DNA of 64,000 bases from a virus, in the IMG/VR virus record IMGVR_UViG_3300007094_000006, positions 32,797-96,796 of that record; one strand, written 5' to 3'. Within the stretch, counting starts at the first letter, position 1. Each line of letters opens with the position of its first letter. Both the position numbers and the translations under genes were made by a program. The notes below the pieces were generated by a model, which did not search any database, was not told where the DNA came from, and worked only from the letters and a program-made list of their open reading frames with translations. Below are positions 28,987 through 39,617 of the stretch, piece after piece.

Positions 28987-30381
28987 CGCAAAAAGGGGGT
29001 TTAAAACCTCGCTCTTTAGGGCGACCACTTGGAATTAGTCTTCATGCTTTAAATTTAATTTAAAAAAGTGTTGACAACTTTTTTTCTTGTGCTATACTAA
29101 AGTAAAGACACACTCATCTGAGAATTTCATGAAAGCAAGGTATCAATTCCGTATTTACCCAACAGACCAACAAAAAAGGCTTTTGTCTCAGTTGTTCGGA
29201 TGTGTGCGTGTTGTATGGAACGATACCTTAGCTTATTGCCAAGAACTCTATCAACAAGGAGAGAAAAAGCCAAAATATACCGAGTTGTCTAAAAGACTAA
29301 CTCAAGTTAAAAATCTGAAGAAAAACGGTGGTTGACTGAGGTTTCTTCTATTCCTTTACAACAGTCTTTGAGAGACTTGGAGACTGCCTACTCTAACTTT
29401 TTCGCATCTTGTAAAGGAAAAAGGAAAGGAAAAAAAGTCAAACCTCCCAAGTTTAAAAAACGTAAATCTAAACAATCAGCGAGATTTACTGAAAACGGTT
29501 TTATCGTTAAGCAACACTGCGTCTATTTAACAAAAATCGGTGATTTAAAAATAGTTTGGAGTCGTCCATTACCCTCTAAACCTTCTAGTGTCACCGTGAT
29601 TAAAGACGCATCAGACCGCTATTTTCTTAGCTTTGTTGTCGAAGTTCAGCCCGAAATACTTCCTGATAATGGGGAGTCCGTGGGAATGGATTTAGGAATT
29701 GCTACCTTTGCTACCCTTTCAACGGGGGAAAAGATAGACGCACCGAAACCGTTAAAGAAACGATTGAAAAGGCTTAAAAAAGCACAGAGAAACCTTTCCA
29801 GAAAACAAAAAGGGAGTAAACGACGGGAAAAAGCCAGAAAACGAGTGGCTAAAATCCACGCAAAAATTAAGGACACTCGTACTGATTTCTTGCATAAACT
29901 ATCCACTAGAATTGTTCGTGAAAATCAAACAATAATTTTAGAGGATTTAAACACATCGGGAATGCTTAAGAATCGTAAGCTATCCCGTGCTATATCAGAC
30001 TTAGGATGGCGTTCTTTTCGAGATATGCTATCAGCAAAATCTGATAAATATGGACGTGATTTTCGGATAATTTCCAGATGGGAGCCAACGTCTCAAAGGT
30101 GTTCTTGTTGTGGGAATATCGGAGGTAAGAAAGCGTTAAATATTCGTGAGTGGGAATGTCTTTTCTGTGGGACTTTTCATGATAGGGATGTAAACGCCGC
30201 AATTAATATAAAGGTCGCCGGTGGACAATCGGAGACCTCAAAAAACGGACGTGGAGGACAGCGTAAGACTTCTGTTAAAGAAGCAGTATCCTGTGAAGCG
30301 TCAACCCAACCGAAGATTGAACAATTAAGTTTGTTTGATTTGCCGGGAATCACCGTCCGTTAACGACGGTGAGGATGTCAA
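28987..30381 (+). mobile_element. IS200/IS605-family (IS1341-like, tnpB-only) element
   Basis: left-end hairpin region aaaagggggtttaaaacc; right-end hairpin caccgtc-cgttaac-gacggtg ending GATGTCAA; no tnpA; left boundary 28987 or 28990. Confidence 0.85.
29129..30363 (+). pseudogene. tnpB: TnpB RNA-guided nuclease, frameshifted at ~29310
   Basis: KARYQFRIYPT HTH; RuvC motifs GMDLG, LEDL, DRDVNAA; Zn finger; split into two ORFs by an apparent 1-nt loss in an A run. Confidence 0.85.
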
Positions 30382-30606
30382 GCTAGTAGGTTTAGCGGTA
30401 GTGTCAAAACTTTGAGGAAGTTTAAACCCTAGACCGCTAGTAGAATCAGATACTGCTAACCCTGGTTCCATTAAATTGATTAAATCTCTCAAAGCTGGAG
30501 CATTATTTCCATTAACAAGTCTAGTATCGTAAGCAAATAAATTAGACCGAAAACCCATATAATAATTACCGACATTATCTGTGTTTTGTAAGTTTGGTGT
30601 AGTCAT
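30382..30606 (-). pseudogene. 5' part of a small gene interrupted by the IS
   Basis: MTTPNLQ...TAKPTS runs into the IS right end and resumes in frame past the left end as (A)IIKAFRTYIG*. Confidence 0.55.
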
Positions 30607-30639
30607 TAGGGAATCCTGTAAAATAAAGAAATGTTTTGA

Positions 30640-30817
30640 GAACAATAAATAAAACTACCATCAGAAGCACTGGTAGATGGTCGCCATGTCGTATTTATTA
30701 ATGAATTTTGTAAAGAACAATAAATAAAACTACCATCAGAAGCACTGGTAGATGGTCGCCATGTCGTATTTATTAATGAATTTTGTAAAGAACAATAAAC
30801 AAAACTGCCATCAGAAG
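30640..30817. repeat. 75-bp tandem repeat, about 2.4 copies
   Basis: gaacaataaataaaactaccatcagaag starts at 30640, 30715 and 30790; gives 25-aa repeats in minus ORF 30606-30851. Confidence 0.9.
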
Positions 30818-30997
30818 GATTTGTTTGGGTAGAAAAAAATAACCAAAGCACAAAACAATCTTAAATATTTAACAAAATCAAAGTGGGCGGTTTTTTTATG
30901 AGAGTCCCTAGTACAGATATATTATGAGTAAAATGCTTGACAAAATCAAAAAAATATGTTTAAATAAAGAAAAGTTTGCAAATCCATCATATTTGTT

Positions 30998-31765
30998 ATG
31001 ACAAAAAAAGCTTTTGTTGATATGGGTAATTTAGTCACTCCAAGCTTGTTACAATTGTACAAAGAGTTCACCCTTGATAAGTCAGTCTATAGTTTTGCAT
31101 CAAAAATCGACTTAGGAGATATTCAGTGTTTTGATTTTAAGAATTTGCCGATGCTATCTTGCCTAGAGGTTGACTGGCACAGAGACTGGGAAGGGCATAC
31201 TCTTTTGTGGGTCTTAAAGTCTCATGGTCACATTTTGCAAATAGAAAATAAAGTCTCTGGGAAAATTATTTCTAAGGAACTTAAATTTGGAGATTTGATT
31301 TGTTTCAATCTTGACCTTGAGCATCAATTAATAACAAGTGATGATAGTGATAGTAACTCACTTTTTGTTTCTTTGTCTTGGAATTTAGATGCGCTTCAGC
31401 TTCCCAACGGTTTTAGGATTAAAAAATGGGAAAACATAGCGCGTATCTTAATGAAAGAAAAAATGGTAAGCACAGAGTTAATCGGTTTAGTCAATTACTT
31501 TGCTAAAATCCCTTCTAAAAGTGTTGTTTTAACACAGTGGGAACGTTTACCAAACTCTGAAACCGAAGTTTTGCGAGAATGCAATAAGCCCTTAAAACCG
31601 CCTTATATTTGGGCAAAAGTGAGTCCTTATTACTCCAGAATCAGAGTTTTGCCTTATAGTGAACAAGACTACCGCAATTGGTTTACACTACCTTCTTATT
31701 GCGCCAAATGCAAAAAACAAATTGAAGGTTTTCTAGGTTTGAGTAAGCATTTGGTTGTTCAATAA
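30998..31765 (+). CDS. hypothetical protein with cupin/2OG-Fe(II) oxygenase-like HxD...H motif
   Basis: VDWHRD...LKFGDLICFNLDLEH; upstream TTGACA promoter. Confidence 0.5.
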   Translation: MTKKAFVDMGNLVTPSLLQLYKEFTLDKSVYSFASKIDLGDIQCFDFKNLPMLSCLEVDWHRDWEGHTLLWVLKSHGHILQIENKVSGKIISKELKFGDLICFNLDLEHQLITSDDSDSNSLFVSLSWNLDALQLPNGFRIKKWENIARILMKEKMVSTELIGLVNYFAKIPSKSVVLTQWERLPNSETEVLRECNKPLKPPYIWAKVSPYYSRIRVLPYSEQDYRNWFTLPSYCAKCKKQIEGFLGLSKHLVVQ

Positions 31766-31795
31766 ATTTTCCTGAAATAGCTAATCAGAGGTTTT

Positions 31796-32815
31796 ATGGT
31801 TTCTAATAGTTTCAAGTTTATCGACTTATTTGCGGGAATTGGCGGTTTTCGTCTTGCTTTAAGTAGTTTGGGTGGTGAGTGTGTATTTAGTTCGGAAATA
31901 GACAAGTTTTGTCAAAAAACGTATTTTGCAAATTTTGACAAGACCTTTGATAATTTAGACATTCGGGATTTAAACCCTGAAACTATTCCCGATTTTGATA
32001 TACTGACTGCCGGGTTTCCCTGTCAACCTTTTTCAACGGCTGGTAAAAGGTTAGGATTTCAAGATAAACGGGGTAATCTGTTTTTTGATATTGTCAAAGT
32101 TTTAAAGGCTAAAAGACCTAAAGCCTTTATTTTGGAAAATGTTAAAGGTTTAGTCTCTATTAAACGAGGAAAAACCTTAAAAACTATTTTGTCTATCTTA
32201 AGTGATGAGTTGGGCTATTTTGTCCCTGAACCAAAAATCTTGAATGCCCGCAATTTTTCAGTACCTCAAAATCGCCCTCGTGTTTTTATTGTAGGTTTTG
32301 AACCTAGTTCTTGCCAATATCACAGCTTTAACTATTTATTTGCCCCGTGTAGCTACAATCCCACTCCCGTAACCAGTTACCCCTCCCTTCGTTTTATTTT
32401 AGAAACAGAACCCGTTGATTTGAAATACTACCTAAACGAAGGTTATTGGCAAAGTTTACAGGCTCACAAAGCACGCCATTTAGAATTAGGTAACAACTTT
32501 GGGTACGAAATACTTGACAAGGAGGGTTGCTCTAATGCTATAATGGTTGGAGGTCAGGGGAGAGAGCGCAATCTTATTCAGGACAATAATCATCCTTCTA
32601 ATTATCCCCCTGAAAAAAATAGTCGGTTCCTTCGATTTTTAACACCTCGTGAATGGGCAAGATTGCAAGGATTTCCTGATTCTTTCCAAATTGTAGTGTC
32701 TGATACACAAGCCTATAAACAATTTGGTAATTCTGTTGCCGTTCCAGTTGTCAAAGCTGTTGCCCGTAGAGTATTGTTTAATCTCTACGGGGAGACTTTC
32801 CCTTCTGTCCACTAA
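31796..32815 (+). CDS. dcm: C5 DNA cytosine methyltransferase (M.HpaII-like TRD, possibly CCGG)
   Basis: DLFAGIGG, GFPCQPFS, ENVKG, QNRPR, YKQFGNSV; TRD segment FGYEI..NAIMVGG.GRERNL recalls M.HpaII. Confidence 0.93.
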   Translation: MVSNSFKFIDLFAGIGGFRLALSSLGGECVFSSEIDKFCQKTYFANFDKTFDNLDIRDLNPETIPDFDILTAGFPCQPFSTAGKRLGFQDKRGNLFFDIVKVLKAKRPKAFILENVKGLVSIKRGKTLKTILSILSDELGYFVPEPKILNARNFSVPQNRPRVFIVGFEPSSCQYHSFNYLFAPCSYNPTPVTSYPSLRFILETEPVDLKYYLNEGYWQSLQAHKARHLELGNNFGYEILDKEGCSNAIMVGGQGRERNLIQDNNHPSNYPPEKNSRFLRFLTPREWARLQGFPDSFQIVVSDTQAYKQFGNSVAVPVVKAVARRVLFNLYGETFPSVH

Positions 32816-32816
32816 A

Positions 32817-33146
32817 GTCACTAACCCTGCCCTAAAAGGGACGGGGCTTGCCTAGACCAATTAAAAGTCGGAGAATTTGATAAAGTGAAAGAAAATCTTG
32901 GGCGTGGTAATACACCCAAAAAACCGCAATTAACACCCTTGTCTGAAGAAGAGAGTAAGCTTCGTAGGCCTTTATCACCGGAGATATTAATTGATGCCTT
33001 AACAGATTCTATTCATCATAATATTGGACGCTCTAGACCTGCTAAAACATTCAGGAGTCGTAAAAATTGCAGTGGAAAGCAAACAGATTGGTCTCCGTGA
33101 ACTAGCGTCAGCCGAAGTCTCTCGCTTTTAGCGATGGGAGCGTCAA
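32817..33146. mobile_element. non-autonomous IS200/IS605-type remnant with two end hairpins
   Basis: gtcactaaccctgccctaaaagggacggggcttg at the left; tctcgcttttagcgatgggagcgtcaa at the right; no transposase or nuclease. Confidence 0.6.
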
Positions 33147-33219
33147 TAGGTTCTTTCGTTTTTCAAAGTAAGTTTCACTCAAAATTCGCCTTTTAATTTT
33201 CAACAAGGAGTTTGTTATT

Positions 33220-34827
33220 ATGTCCTCGTCTGTAACTATTGAAACCACACCTTTTCACTTAACCGAAGACCAAAAATTAGCTCTCGAAGATTTAGAACGT
33301 TGGTGGGGTTCAAAAAAGGGAGAACATTTAATTTCTGGGGGGGCTGGTACTGGTAAAACCACTTTAATTGCTCATTGGATACAGTCACACCCTAATCTAA
33401 AAATTGCTATTTTATGTCCTACCAATAAAGCGGCTTCTGTCCTTAAAGAAAAGTTGACATTTAAAGCAGATGTTTATACTATTCATGCCATTTTAGGACT
33501 TGTGATTCAAGAAAAAGGTGGGCAGTACAAAATGAAAGGTGTCCGAGTTACCAGAGACTCTGAAAAATCTACTTTAGATACTGGTAACTCTAAATTTGAC
33601 ACTAACCAATACCAGTTGATTATCGTTGATGAAGTTTCTATTCTTTCTAAGGATATGGAGTGTCGTTTAAGAGAAAAAGCGTCCCAAATCAAAGCTAAAA
33701 TTCTTTGGGTTGGTGATTCTTGTCAACTACCTCCACCCGGTCAAAAAGCTAGTAACGTTTTTAATTGTGGTAGCAGTTCTATTTTAGAACAAGTCATGCG
33801 TTATGATGCTGGTGTTCTTAAAATTGCTGAACATCTTCGGCAACTCATTAATGATTATAACTCCCCAAAGCCAACTTTAAAGTCTATTATCGATAAACAA
33901 TTGGTTTTAGACCCTGATTTGCACAATGTTGAACTTATTTCTGCTAATGAATGGTATGAAAAATTAAAAAATACTGTGGTTTCAGAAAATACTGAGTTCA
34001 AAATATTAGCTCATAAAAACGATAAAGTTTGTCACTATAACGAACTTATTCGTACAATAAAAGGTATCGCTAATAAACCCTTTGCTGATGGCGAACAACT
34101 TATTAGTTTACGACGTAATAACTACTTTAAATATGTTAACCGTACTAATAAAGTTGCCAATTTTGTTAATGGTGAAATCGTTTCCATCCTTAGTTCCCAT
34201 TTTTCAACTTCCAAACTTTGTGACCCATTTAAAGAGAAAGAAATAGACATTTTTGATGCTAAAGAATTAGTGGAATTTACTCTTAATTTTCACAAAATGT
34301 CTAACTTTATTGTTGAAGTTTGGGACACTACTGTTCAATCTTTAGACAGAGATTTACAATGGACGATTTCTTTTATTGACCCTCGTAATAACGATAAAAT
34401 GATTCAGGTCATGAATCGTTCTATAACTTTGCAAGAAGAATTGAAGGATTTGACAGCCATTCTTTATTGTATCGATGGTTTAATCTCTGGCATAATTCCT
34501 AAAGTTCAAGACCCTTCTATTTTGGCAATAGCTCAAGAAGCTTTAACTTATCTTGAACAAGCCTACCCTGATGCTCTTTATTCTGTCAGTTCTAAACTAC
34601 AATCCAATTGTAAAGCTCTTTATTCTGCCTATAAAGAATGGCAAAATTTAAGCTTTTTGACGTACCATTGGGCATATAACTATGCTTTAACGGTCTATAA
34701 AAGTCAAGGGTCTGGTTTTGATGTTGTTTTTATCGACGGTCTAGACGTGTTTAACGCCCCCAATTGGAAAAAATTACTCTATGTGGCTCTGACGCGTGCC
34801 AAACAAAAAGTTTTCATTAAAGAGTAG
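33220..34827 (+). CDS. Dda/RecD-like SF1B DNA helicase
   Basis: GGAGTGKT, CPTNKAA, IVDEVS, GDSCQLPP, YALTVYKSQGS, LYVALTRA. Confidence 0.92.
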   Translation: MSSSVTIETTPFHLTEDQKLALEDLERWWGSKKGEHLISGGAGTGKTTLIAHWIQSHPNLKIAILCPTNKAASVLKEKLTFKADVYTIHAILGLVIQEKGGQYKMKGVRVTRDSEKSTLDTGNSKFDTNQYQLIIVDEVSILSKDMECRLREKASQIKAKILWVGDSCQLPPPGQKASNVFNCGSSSILEQVMRYDAGVLKIAEHLRQLINDYNSPKPTLKSIIDKQLVLDPDLHNVELISANEWYEKLKNTVVSENTEFKILAHKNDKVCHYNELIRTIKGIANKPFADGEQLISLRRNNYFKYVNRTNKVANFVNGEIVSILSSHFSTSKLCDPFKEKEIDIFDAKELVEFTLNFHKMSNFIVEVWDTTVQSLDRDLQWTISFIDPRNNDKMIQVMNRSITLQEELKDLTAILYCIDGLISGIIPKVQDPSILAIAQEALTYLEQAYPDALYSVSSKLQSNCKALYSAYKEWQNLSFLTYHWAYNYALTVYKSQGSGFDVVFIDGLDVFNAPNWKKLLYVALTRAKQKVFIKE

Positions 34828-34923
34828 GTTGAAAACCCACCCGTAATATAGGTGGGTTTTTCTTGACTTTTTTTTCGTCAACCATGCTATGCTAAATATT
34901 AATCAATTTGGAGTATTTTTTCG

Positions 34924-35496
34924 ATGAACCATGTAGAAGCTGAAACCGTTAGTTCTTTAGTTACGCTTATCTCGAATAGACAATTTTCTACCTATTTGAA
35001 AACCTTACAGGTTTCTAAAGTTCCTCTGGAGTACAAAATGACCCTAAACCTCTATACTCTTGAAGCTGTTAAAGACCTTTTTCCTTCTTTAATTGGCGAG
35101 TATTTTGCTTGGCGTAACAAATGTTACCCTTTAGAGTCCATTCAAGATTGGTATGAATTTTTACCCCCTGAAGAACAAGGAAAAAAATACCCTTTTGAAC
35201 ATCTTTTCTCTTCTCAAGAATCTTGTCTTGAATATTTAAGCCATAATTATCATGCTTGGCTTTTATGTTTTATGCTAATTCGTGAAGAGCAATACTCTGA
35301 TTATATTTTGTCCTTTCGTAATTCTCGTTTGCCTCTGCTTGCCAAATTTGTCCTTCACAATGCTATTCTGTACGCTTGGGAATGGGACAAAAATGAACCA
35401 ATTGATGTGGATGCCGATACCCTCGATAATGATTTAAAATTGCTAACTTTTATCGAGGATAATTTTGGCTCTCTAATTAATGCTTTAGAGGAATAG
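34924..35496 (+). CDS. hypothetical protein
   Basis: 190-aa ORF with promoter and GGAG RBS. Confidence 0.7.
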   Translation: MNHVEAETVSSLVTLISNRQFSTYLKTLQVSKVPLEYKMTLNLYTLEAVKDLFPSLIGEYFAWRNKCYPLESIQDWYEFLPPEEQGKKYPFEHLFSSQESCLEYLSHNYHAWLLCFMLIREEQYSDYILSFRNSRLPLLAKFVLHNAILYAWEWDKNEPIDVDADTLDNDLKLLTFIEDNFGSLINALEE

Positions 35497-35552
35497 TTTC
35501 CAGAAATGTCTAATTCTACCCCCTAGTCCCCAATTTGTACCAAAAATTCGCC

Positions 35553-36050
35553 ATGTCTAACAGTCTGATTCACACACTATCTCCCCTTGAAACTGCTTAT
35601 GTCGCTGGTATCATTGAAGCCAAAGCCTCTATTAACTTAATGCGACATAAATACTTTGTTACCCCTGCCATCGAATTTCATCACAAAAATCTTAATTATT
35701 TGCATCTAGTTAGTCAAATGTTAGGGGGTACTGTTTATATCGCAAAACCCCCTAATCGTAACAAAAAATGGATTATCAAAGGTCAATTAGCTATCGACAT
35801 TTTGACGGCTATTCAACCTTATTGCATTGTCTTTTCCCCCTTAATTGATATTCTAATCGAATATCAAACTTGGTATCTTAATAGACCAAAATTTAAGGGT
35901 CTGGGTGAAGTCCATCAACGACAAACTATTGATTCCTACATTAAGAAAGTTAAAGATTTTAAAGCCAATGTCGAAATGGCTAAAGTCTCTAACCGTCCAG
36001 AAAACTATTTGCACGCTCGAACTAGAAAACACTTCACTGGCAGTGTCTAA
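35553..36050 (+). CDS. free-standing single-motif LAGLIDADG-family protein
   Basis: AYVAGIIEAKASI helix, LGGTVY, KWII, ILTAIQPY. Confidence 0.7.
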   Translation: MSNSLIHTLSPLETAYVAGIIEAKASINLMRHKYFVTPAIEFHHKNLNYLHLVSQMLGGTVYIAKPPNRNKKWIIKGQLAIDILTAIQPYCIVFSPLIDILIEYQTWYLNRPKFKGLGEVHQRQTIDSYIKKVKDFKANVEMAKVSNRPENYLHARTRKHFTGSV

Positions 36051-36302
36051 GCAACTTCACCCTGTCGCTCAAACCATTTACATTGATTGTAGTGATGTTG
36101 CTTAAAAATCTTTGTTAGATGGTTATAAAATTATTCAAGTTTTTTACATTGACTACAACCGTGGTCAATGTTTTTTTGTTTTCCCCCCCCCCTCTCAGCC
36201 CTTGCTGTTTAATTAACCCCTCCGCCCTCAATATTTCCACCTTGACAGATGACTAAAGTTGAGCTATAATAAAGTAGTTCACCCACTTAACTAAACCAGT
36301 GT

Positions 36303-39275
36303 ATGTCTAGAGTAAATCCTGTAGGGATTCCTTTGATTTCTGAATCTTTAAGGCTACAATTATTTGGCGATTTAGAAAACCACCCAAGCAAAACGGCTCG
36401 TGAAGAAGCCAAAAGACAGTTACAGAGCTTCAATCTGAGTAGCTCTAACATTCCTACTCCTCCTATTATTGAATTTGATTTACCCCCTCTTGAAGGTGAA
36501 GACCTTGAAAAACATTTTCACAACATTGCTATTCAGCGTTCTAAACCTTATTTAGATTTAGCAGAGTCTTTAGCTCGTACCAGTATTCCACCTATTCCTT
36601 CTGAATTTATTTTCAAGTGTGGTTGGACTTGTTACCCTATGGATGGGTCTGAACCTTATTCTGTCCCTTACCCTCTGGAGATGGCTATTGTTTATGACTG
36701 TGAGGTTGCTGTTACTAGCTCTAATTACCCTGTCATGGCTTGTGCTGTTTCTTCAGTCGCTTGGTATTTTTGGGTTTCCCCCAAACTGGTTTCAAACGGT
36801 TCTGATACTCTTTGTCCTTTGGGTAAATCCGACAAATTTGTTGTTGCTCATTATATGAGTTATGATCGTGCAAGAACCTTAGAAACTTATGACCTCAAAC
36901 TCTCAGGCGTTCGTTTTTGGGATACTTTGTCTATGCACCAATGCGTCGCTGGTCTAAGTTCTAAACAACGTCCTCTTAGCATCAAACACAATAAAGCTCT
37001 TGATGACCAAGGTGAGTCTCCTTTTTATCATGATTGGCTTGAGGTTTCTAGCGGTAATTCTTTAGCCGAAACTTCTAAATTGCATTTAGGTTTTTCTATT
37101 TCCAAATCCGACCGTGATTATTTTGTTACCGGTACTCTTTTGGAAATAAAAAATCGTTTTCAGCAATTAGCTCAATACTGTGCTAATGATGTTAAAGTCA
37201 CTTTTCAACTTTATCAAGTTTTATGGTTCCGTTTTAAGGAAAAATGCCCTTCTGTTGTGACTTTTTGCGGAATGTTGCAAATGGGTACTGCTATCCTTCC
37301 TGTTACCCGTGAAAGTTGGTATGGCTATATCAATCGCTGTGAAGAGTTGTTTCATTCTGAACGCTTAAAAGTTAATTCCCATTTGCAAATGTTGGCTGAT
37401 GATGCAGTTTCTAAGTTTATTAGCGGTGAATTAGACCCTAACTCTGATCCTTGGCTTCGACATTTAGATTGGTCTATGCCTTCTTCACGGGCTAAAAAAC
37501 ATAAAGACAAACCAGAATGGTATCGTAAGCTTTTCAAGGGTGATAAACTCAACCTTACTGTTCGTTCCCAATGTACCCCCTATCTTTTACGTCTCTCTTG
37601 GATGGGTTTCCCTCTTTATCATCATAAGGAACGTAAGTGGGGTTTTCTTGCCACTCAAGGTGCTGATGTCTCTTCCAATACTACACCTTTGCTTCTTGAA
37701 AACTTTTATTCTCCCGATGGTGGTCTTTCTTATGTCGATACTCTGTTTTATCCCTTACCTCACAAAGCCGGTGAAAATTCCAATGTTGGTTCGCCTTTGT
37801 CTAAAGATTATCTTTCGGAAATGGAGGCAGGTATTCTTGATTCTGACTTCCCTGAAGCTAAATTAGCCCTCAAATCTGCTATTTCTTGTGCTTATTGGGT
37901 TTCTGTTCAAGACCGTGTAAAAAATCAATTTGTTGTTCTGTCTTCTGACAATTGCACTGGTTTTATTTGTCCTCAATTAATTACTGCTGGTACTGTCACT
38001 GGTCGTGCTGTTGAAAACACTTGGCTTACTGCCGCTAATCCTCGTCCCAATCGTATTGGTAGTGAAATTAAAACTACTGTTCGTATGCCTCAAGGCTATG
38101 TCCAGATTGGGGCTGATGTGGACAGTTAACGCAATGGCTGTCGTTAAATTCCTTTAATTGCGGGAAATTCCTTAGAGCCTAGATAACTACAACGTGACTT
38201 GAAAAGGTGAGCGTGAACGTTTTAAAAATATCTAGGATTGGACAATCCGCCGCTAAGACCCTCACCTAATCTAGAAGGGTAAAGTTCACAGACTATCCGT
38301 AAGGAGTAGGGCTTAAGCAAGCTCGAAATAGGGAAAAATGGGAAACCATTTAAGATATAGTCGAATCTGTAGGGAAACTTACAGAGAATAGGCGGAAGCG
38401 GTCTATTCGTAATACAAATGCAAGAGTTATGGATTTCTGACTTATTAGCAGATGCTTATGTTGGCATTATTGGTGGTACGCCCTCCTCTTTTCAAACACT
38501 TGTTGGCTCTAAAGAAGATGGCACTGACCCTCACTCCATGACTGCTTCTTTATTAGGTATCAGTCGTGATAATGCTAAAACTGTCGTCTATAGCCGTCGA
38601 TATTCTGCTGGTCTTAAATCGATGATTAATTATATGCGGGAGTTCCGTAAAACTTTGACTTCTGCTGAGGCTAAACAGCTTGCTTCTGATATGTTTGCCA
38701 AAACAAAAGGTAAAAAAATTGAAGGACGTTGGCGTTTAGGTACTGAGTCCGTTATGTTCAACGAACTTGAACGTATTGCCACATCTAGCGACCCTCGCAC
38801 TCCTACCTTGAAACGTACTATGAGTGATGCCATTCATCCACGTTTTACTGGACACAAAGATTATCTAACTAGCAAAATTAATTTTTGTGTTCAAAGCTCC
38901 GGTGTTGATTTTTTACACATCTGTCTTTCTGGTGTTGATTATCTTTGTTCCAAATATGACATTGATGCTCGACTTTGTATTACCATTCATGATGAATACC
39001 GATACATTGTTCTTGCTAAAGATTCTGCTCGTTTTTGTTTAGCTTTGCAAATCGCTCACCTTTGGACTAGAGCTTATATCTCCTACTCTGTAGGACTTTA
39101 TGATTTGCCTGCTTCTGTTGCTTGGTTTTCGGGTGTCGATATAGACTTCACTATTCGTAAGTCCCCCGACAAACCCGCTATCACCCCTTCTCAACCTTTA
39201 GGTCTTCCTTTAGGGCGAGTCACTACCATTCAAGAGATTCTTGAGGTTACTAAGGGTTCTCTTTTGAAATCTTAG
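36303..39275 (+). CDS. mitochondrial-type DNA polymerase gamma (family A); exons 36303-38126 and 38421-39275, spliced 892 aa
   Basis: RVNPVGI N-terminus, Exo I DCE, Exo II SYDRAR, Exo III YCANDV, AGTVTGRAVENTWLTA, motif A GADVDS|QELWI, motif B RDNAK..Y..RY, motif C IHDEYRY. Confidence 0.93.
38127..38420 (+). ncRNA. group I self-splicing intron (294 nt, no ORF)
   Basis: exon ends in U; P1 gacagU pairs with Gctgtc; P aattgcgggaa, Q aatccgccgc, R gttcacagacta, S aagatatagtc; terminal G; removal restores motif A in frame. Confidence 0.95.
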
Positions 39276-39400
39276 TAGTTCACTTCCTCACCTTAGTTCT
39301 CGCTCAAAATCAAAATTGTATTAGCTTTTTTTCGTGGTTCAAAAATACTCAAACTATGGGTATCTTTGAACCACCTTTCAAAAAAAAAAACCATTTTTTC

Positions 39401-39617
39401 GATGAAAAAAAAGAATGTCTTGAAAAAAACTACCACTACTATCAATATAAACCTTTTAAAATCCATCGCAAATCATAAAACGATTTGGACAAAACCTTAT
39501 GAACCTGATTTACAACCTCTTTTAAGTTTAGGCTTAATTAAAAAAGTTGCTGTTGGTCGTGAACTTGAACTTTTTATGATAACGCTTGCTGGTGAGTTTT
39601 TTGTTAAGAATTTCTAA
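39401..39617 (+). CDS. hypothetical protein
   Basis: short ORF downstream of a CGCTCAA motif; start uncertain. Confidence 0.4.

Noticed and set aside
38418-39275. Independent second polymerase gene, or a pseudogene
   Set aside because: The ATG is the intron 3' end, and splicing restores motif A exactly
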